A stretch of DNA of 12,273 nt from Pseudomonadota bacterium (lineage in GTDB: Bacteria > Bdellovibrionota_B > Oligoflexia > Oligoflexales > CAIMVM01). Where the stretch lies: NCBI GenBank assembly GCA_037142195.1, contig JBAXBA010000101.1, positions 1 to 12,273 on the forward strand, written 5' to 3'. Below are positions 7,654 through 12,273 of the stretch, piece after piece. Under the pieces are notes generated by a model. The model did no database searches. It was given only the letters and a program-made list of their open reading frames with translations, and had not been told where the DNA came from. The number at the start of each line of letters is the position of its first letter. Position 1 is the stretch's first letter. A program made the translations under genes and the position numbers.

Positions 7654-8961
7654 TCAGAGGATGCTGTAAAGTGGAGCGAAGCGAATTTTTCCGGCATCAG
7701 TTATCTCATCCGTATTCTGAAGACAAATGGCTTGTTTGACTTTCGGGTAAGTCTCCAAAAGCAAATGCAAACTTTTGAGGCTACCCGATCTTCCATTTTT
7801 CACTTCAACCGGAATGACTTGACCTGAACGTGCCAGCAGGAAATCAACCTCTGCTGAAGAGCTTTTTGCATGCCGTTTCCAGTAATAGACCTGACCGGAT
7901 TCGCTTCCGCTTGAGTTTGCAAGAAGTTGTTGTCCGACAAATTGTTCAGCAAGTTGACCATCCATGGCCGCAACTAGATCTTTCTCATTCAAAATGTCGG
8001 CAGAGTTTCGGCCGCAGATACGCTGGGCGAGACCAATATCGAGAAAGAGCGGTTTGAAGGTCTTCTCGTCATCGCCAGCACCAAGGGGGAGGTTCGCAGG
8101 GGACGTTGCGTGCGCAAGATGGACAAGCATCGCTCGTTTCAACAGGTACAGGGAATTTTTATTGCGCTTGGGATCGTCGTCGTGAAGTTTTGAATAGGAA
8201 ATCTGTTGTCCACAAAATTTAGGAATTCGCGAGAATATATTTGCAATGTTGGCCTGCTGAAGATCTCCCTTCACATACTTGGGAATATCGTCTCGAAAGC
8301 TTCGAACGATCCGATCTTGAATCTTCGATGTTTCGGTTAGAGATCGACTTTCGGCAAACACTCTGACGGCCTCAGGCATTCCACCAACCACCATGTATTC
8401 CTGCAACGCTGCATTCAACATCTTCGCCATGGTGAGAGGTGGCGTTTTGACTGATTGGATTGGTTCAGGAAGATAAGGAACCAACTTGTCGCGACCTGTT
8501 CCCAACAGAAATTCGGAAAAAGTTAGAGGAAACATGAATTCATAGTCAACTCTTCCGACGGGAAATGAAATCTCGCTTAGAGCAAATTCCAGGAGACTCC
8601 CTGCGGAAATAATATGGAGTTTTGGTAGTTTTTCTTTGAAGTAGCGAAGACTGTTTATAGCCCTCGGGCACTCTTGGATCTCATCGAAGAACACAAGAGT
8701 TTCGCCTGGGACTATGGAGTGCCCGCAGATCACTTCGAGTTGCATTAGAATGTGGCTCGGTTCGAGCGAGCCAGAAAAGACCATGATGAGTTCAGGATTC
8801 AGTTCAAAATCAAAAATAACAAACTTTGAAAACTCGCTTCCAAAATGACTAACCGCGGCACTTTTGCCAACTTGACGCGCGCCTCTTAAAATAAGAGGGC
8901 AACGGTTTGGGGAGATTTTCCATTTTTTCAACCGTTCATCGACGCTTCTTGGGATATACAT
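7654..8961 (-). CDS. AAA+ superfamily ATPase with C-terminal DUF4143 / PD-(D/E)XK-like domain (COG1373-type)
   Basis: Walker A GARQVGKS, Walker B VFFDEIQ, SAGSLL, FPVGRV, GGMPEAV, and C-terminal YYWKR...EVDFL...IPVEVKNG. Start set at ATG 8961 (MYIPR, GAGG upstream; 435 aa) instead of 9042. Confidence 0.9.
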   Translation of the reverse strand: MYIPRSVDERLKKWKISPNRCPLILRGARQVGKSAAVSHFGSEFSKFVIFDFELNPELIMVFSGSLEPSHILMQLEVICGHSIVPGETLVFFDEIQECPRAINSLRYFKEKLPKLHIISAGSLLEFALSEISFPVGRVDYEFMFPLTFSEFLLGTGRDKLVPYLPEPIQSVKTPPLTMAKMLNAALQEYMVVGGMPEAVRVFAESRSLTETSKIQDRIVRSFRDDIPKYVKGDLQQANIANIFSRIPKFCGQQISYSKLHDDDPKRNKNSLYLLKRAMLVHLAHATSPANLPLGAGDDEKTFKPLFLDIGLAQRICGRNSADILNEKDLVAAMDGQLAEQFVGQQLLANSSGSESGQVYYWKRHAKSSSAEVDFLLARSGQVIPVEVKNGRSGSLKSLHLLLETYPKVKQAICLQNTDEITDAGKIRFAPLYSIL

Positions 8962-8981
8962 AGCGGCCTCGAATTTCTTTA

Positions 8982-9086
8982 TAACTATTTGTAAATAATG
9001 ATAATCCAGCAATACAAGGCTATTTTGGACTTTAGACTCCATAAATACAAGGCTGTTTTAGTTAATTATGTAATTACAATTAGTTA
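8982..9086. promoter_or_regulatory. Composite repeat region upstream of the AAA+/DUF4143 gene
   Basis: 16-bp inverted repeats (8982-8997 and 9071-9086, 14/16 match) enclosing 16-bp direct repeats AATACAAGGCT(A/G)TTTT (9011-9026, 9044-9059); perfect palindrome TGTAATTACA at 9069-9078. Confidence 0.55.
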
Positions 9087-9453
9087 GGATGAAAGACTTT
9101 TGTGAGAACGGGCTGCTGAGCGCTCGTCATGCCACAAGATCAATCATTGAGAATGTATTTTTTCTGCAAAGGCCGATCATTCTAGAGACAAGTCATGTGT
9201 GACTTTGCGCTTTATATTGCACCAATTTCTTAGTTTTTCTATGGACCGATTTATCCCGCGAATAAGTGAGGCTCTTGAGAGCAAAAGGCGAGAGCGGATG
9301 TCCCACCCAATACTTGGGAGCAATTATCGCACCTGCATCTCTTGACCCAAACCACTGCAGCAGACTCTATAAAATGAGCTAGAGTAGTTAGTCACTCTTT
9401 TTTATTGCTGCCTAGATGAAATGCCGCACTGCAATGAGCAGCTCCCTTTGGAT

Positions 9454-9843
9454 CTAACCCGCCTTCTTTTTCAAGCGCATATCAAGAATGAGTTCACCAC
9501 CGAGAGCTTCCGCGATTCGATCCAAAGTATTGACCGTTACGTTTGACCTTCCAGGTCTTTCCATGCGTTGGTAGGCTTGATAAGTAATGCCTAACTTCGC
9601 CGCGAGTTGTTTCTGTGTAAGTTTTGATTTTTCGCGCCAGTGCCGCAAGAGATATGCCATCCAAATCTCAGGTTCCAGCCGAATAAAGACGACTCTTTCA
9701 CCATGAAGAACCTTAGGTTTTTTTGAAACAGGTAATTCTACACCGCGTTCAAAATCCGATTCTAGAGCCGCGGATAAAGCTTCGCGGGCCATCTCTGTAG
9801 CGTCTTCGTAGTCCTGACCATAAGTTGTGACGCCTGCTTCCAG
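9454..9843 (-). pseudogene. hicB: 5'-truncated HicB-like antitoxin with C-terminal XRE-type HTH
   Basis: The frame upstream of ATG 9792 reads LEAGVTTYGQDYEDATEMAREAL, matching the HicB core (cf. LPGCxTxGxTxEEAxxxAxEAL). It meets TAA at 9873-9871 with no ATG and lacks the first two HicB beta-strands. The C-terminal HTH (LTQKQLAAKLGITYQAYQRMER) is intact. Confidence 0.72.
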
Positions 9844-10306
9844 TCTTGTTTTAAGTTGCAGCCTCCGCCTTTAAGTGCAGCTTTTTTGAGGCGTTTTGAG
9901 GCATAAGAACGCCAGAGTTGCTTGTCCTTAAGTCTTTTGGGGAAACTATTCTTCGTTTAGGCCCGCCTATCTTAGGTTTTAAACAAAGCTCCGCCCTTCC
10001 CTTAGATGTCAGCCATTTATGGAGGACATGCTTTCCAATAGATCTTGAATGGAGCCAAATTGAAAAGGCATCCTTGATGCCGGGGTGGAGCTCTAGCCGG
10101 GGGCATGCTCTATGCGGAGATGCTTGAGGTAATGGGCTAATTCACCGGGTTTGATGATGGCAGCTACAATGTATATCGTCCCTCTGCTCCACATTCGAAA
10201 AAAACCCATGTGTTGTTTACAAACTAAACTATGACATGGCAATTTGACGAGACCACATCCGCCGAATGTTCAAGTTCTCTCGGCGAGTAGCGCTGAAAGC
10301 CAAAAC

Positions 10307-11887
10307 CTAAGCCCGCAACAGCATCACCGCATAGCCCTTTGGAGTTTGCGTGTGTAAAATTTGCGTACGCGTTGCCGAAGGCAATGCCTCTTTTCGGCGA
10401 TCGAAAATCACGAGGGTGCCTTGCTTCAGATTCAATCCATCCAAATAACGTTCGAGTTGTTCAAGTCCCTCCTTCAGAGGATCGCCAATATCGTCGCTCC
10501 AGACTTTGAGTTCAAATGCCTCGTGTTGCCACTCCTGCGGATTACGAGCGGCGGGATGGGGCCAGCGAACGAGAATATCAATCCGCCCTCGGCCAATGCC
10601 GTACTCTCGGTCAATCATCCCACCGCCGTTTACCACCCGTTGGAGCCACGCCATAAACACAAGTTGAGCTGCAGCCTCGCTGTAGTAGTTTCCGCGCAGC
10701 ATAAAGGCCGCATTGCGCTTCCACCACAACGCAAACTCCTGAACAATAATACTCACGTCGAGCATGCCGTTTAGGGTAACAAACGATTTGCGCTCGAGGT
10801 CGATGCTGCCCGAAGCGCGCGCTGCAAGAACGCGCACAATTACCTCGCGATAAATGGGGTTAGAAATACGCACAGGATCTTTATTGGCAACAAGGCCGAG
10901 ATCACGCACGTATGACACGTCGTCGTTGTAGGTAAAATCAGCGCCTGTCATGAGTCCGGCCAGCACTGGTTCCACCACGCGCTGCACGCGAGGTTCGGTG
11001 AGCTTATCAACGAGTGAATCGAGATGCGTTTGCCTTGCGAGAATAATTTCCTGTGCTGCCCTTTCAATATCGAGAGCTGTGATGGTTTGCGACGAAGGAA
11101 TTCCCATCTTGCGCACCACCTGGTTGGCAAGTGCGTTCACAAGCCAGGGTTGACCCTCGGTGAGTTCCCACGCTTTTGCAGTTGCTTCAGGTTCGAATTG
11201 TTGCTCTGTCGCAGATGTATGTTGCTTATAAAGTGCATGAACTTCAGCTGCGGTGAAGTTAGCGAGGTGCAAAGAATCGGATTTAATGTTGAACGGGCTC
11301 GCCGTGCCCAATCGCGGCTCCCCGCCGGAGAGAACTTTATAATCACGCACATCACGCAAGCCGCAAAGCACAATACTTTGCGGAAATGCGCGTGGGCGAT
11401 TTGAAAATCCGTCGCGAAGTTGGCGCAGAACGCTCTCCAGAGAGCTGTCCACAAGGGCGTCGATTTCATCAAAAAAGAGCACCAACGGCCGAGGGCATAC
11501 CTTCGCCCAAGCAGTTAGCAGGGCTTTGAGTTTTGTGCCCGTCTTTCCGCCTCGCTTGGGCTTGGGACACTGCAGGTTTGTCGGCAAAAAGATTTCTGAA
11601 TTGGTTAGAATGGCCTCAATCACCGCGTCTTCGGCGCCTTTAATATCTCTGGCAAAAGCCTGGCCCATTTCACACGAGAACTTGAGTGCCGTGTACTTAC
11701 CCTCTGCCGTTAAGGCTGCGGCCAAACTTTCCAAAGTTGTTGTTTTTCCAGTTTGACGGGGCGCATGAATAACAAAATACTGTTTGTCGTCTATAAGCGT
11801 ACGAAGATCACGCAGCCGGTTGAGAGGATCGAGCATGTAGTGATCTTCGGCTCTGCATGGGCCCGTGGTGTTAAAGAATTTTGCCAT
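10307..11887 (-). CDS. AAA-like ATPase fused to a C-terminal PD-(D/E)XK-type nuclease domain
   Basis: FFNTTGPC...HYM N-terminus, Walker A APRQTGKTT, Walker B VLFFDEID, ASPFNIK, GQPWLVN; C-terminal REYGIGRGRIDIL...FELKVW...QLERY. RBS GGAGG upstream. Confidence 0.88.
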   Translation of the reverse strand: MAKFFNTTGPCRAEDHYMLDPLNRLRDLRTLIDDKQYFVIHAPRQTGKTTTLESLAAALTAEGKYTALKFSCEMGQAFARDIKGAEDAVIEAILTNSEIFLPTNLQCPKPKRGGKTGTKLKALLTAWAKVCPRPLVLFFDEIDALVDSSLESVLRQLRDGFSNRPRAFPQSIVLCGLRDVRDYKVLSGGEPRLGTASPFNIKSDSLHLANFTAAEVHALYKQHTSATEQQFEPEATAKAWELTEGQPWLVNALANQVVRKMGIPSSQTITALDIERAAQEIILARQTHLDSLVDKLTEPRVQRVVEPVLAGLMTGADFTYNDDVSYVRDLGLVANKDPVRISNPIYREVIVRVLAARASGSIDLERKSFVTLNGMLDVSIIVQEFALWWKRNAAFMLRGNYYSEAAAQLVFMAWLQRVVNGGGMIDREYGIGRGRIDILVRWPHPAARNPQEWQHEAFELKVWSDDIGDPLKEGLEQLERYLDGLNLKQGTLVIFDRRKEALPSATRTQILHTQTPKGYAVMLLRA

Positions 11888-11929
11888 AAACGCCTCCCAA
11901 GAGCTGGCCGTCTTTTTCTAATCCAAAGA

Positions 11930-12150
11930 CCTTATCACACAACAGCGAACATGGGGAGCGCAGAGGTGGATTTTTTGGGAATAAAGTAGAGTCTTTCTTT
12001 ATGCGACTATTGTCAATCTTGTCAAGTTCTCAAATTTTTAAGTTCGTCTGGGGTGAAGGTAGTCATGGATCAATTCACAAGAAAAATAGTTGGATTTTCA
12101 GTTCTTAAAGGACCTTTGAGTGGTGGCAATGCTTGTTATATGTTTGACAT
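11930..12150 (-). pseudogene. Possible heavily decayed 5' fragment of an Rpn/YhgA-like PD-(D/E)XK transposase-family gene
   Basis: GAGGCGTTT-ATG start at 12150 (MSNI then TAA), followed in shifting frames by SFKN, NP, CELIHDYL, PDELKNL, ELDK, KDS, FI and CDKVF, in the order of the Rpn N-terminal pattern. Needs several frameshifts, so weak. Confidence 0.3.
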
Positions 12151-12218
12151 AAACGCCTCAGGCAAGCACGGGCCAAAATGCCTTTCAACTGATCATGATC
12201 CTTTCTTCGTTTATTGGC

Positions 12219-12273
12219 TCTGGAAAGCAAATCTGGAAAGCAAATCTGGAAAGCAAATCTGGAAAGCAAATCT
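12219..12273 (+). repeat. Perfect 13-bp tandem repeat (TCTGGAAAGCAAA), at least 4 units, truncated by the window end
   Basis: Units at 12219, 12232, 12245 and 12258, plus a partial TCT at 12271-12273. Confidence 0.97.

Noticed and set aside
8962..9042. 27-aa N-terminal extension of the AAA+/DUF4143 ORF
   Set aside because: Overlaps the repeat-rich upstream region; ATG 8961 has an RBS and a family-typical start.
9049..9076. dif/pdif-like site (TTATGTAATTA resembles the XerD arm); similar partial matches near 1201 and 5780
   Set aside because: No XerC-like arm at 6-bp spacing in any case.
9918..10127. 69-aa + strand ORF as HicA toxin or another real gene
   Set aside because: Opposite strand to hicB, TTG start without a clear RBS, no HicA GSH motif and no recognisable domain.
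10260..10285. Intrinsic terminator after the ATPase-nuclease gene (CGCCGA...TCGGCG)
   Set aside because: Large loop and no U-tract on the minus strand, so it cannot be supported.
665..11989. Remaining short ORFs in the track that overlap the long genes
   Set aside because: Antisense or alternative-frame shadows of well-supported CDSs with no recognisable motifs.
12219..12273. CRISPR array
   Set aside because: Units are 13 bp and contiguous with no spacers, and there are no cas genes; the same applies to the 12-bp repeat at 5095-5154.

Overview
Bacterial genomic window; gene content suggests Bdellovibrionota/Oligoflexia or a related deltaproteobacterial lineage (inference). The left half (1-5724) looks like core genome: on the minus strand an aldehyde-dehydrogenase-fold protein that has lost several catalytic motifs, a phosphoglucomutase/phosphomannomutase and an outer-membrane beta-barrel protein, and divergently on the plus strand a GYF_2-like membrane protein with an in-frame 12-bp x5 repeat. 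The right half (5732-12273) is an accessory region of co-oriented minus-strand genes: a class II Fic protein, a COG1373-type AAA+/DUF4143 ATPase, a 5'-truncated hicB-like antitoxin, an AAA ATPase/PD-(D/E)XK nuclease fusion and a possible decayed Rpn/YhgA-like remnant, ending in a 13-bp tandem repeat. The most striking unexplained structure is a pair of ~280-bp non-coding direct repeats (5732-6009 and 7328-7607, roughly 85-88% identical by manual alignment). They bracket the fic gene, each lies ~40-50 bp downstream of a minus-strand stop codon, and each can fold into a long imperfect stem. No integrase, intact transposase, CRISPR array, tRNA or rRNA was recognised.
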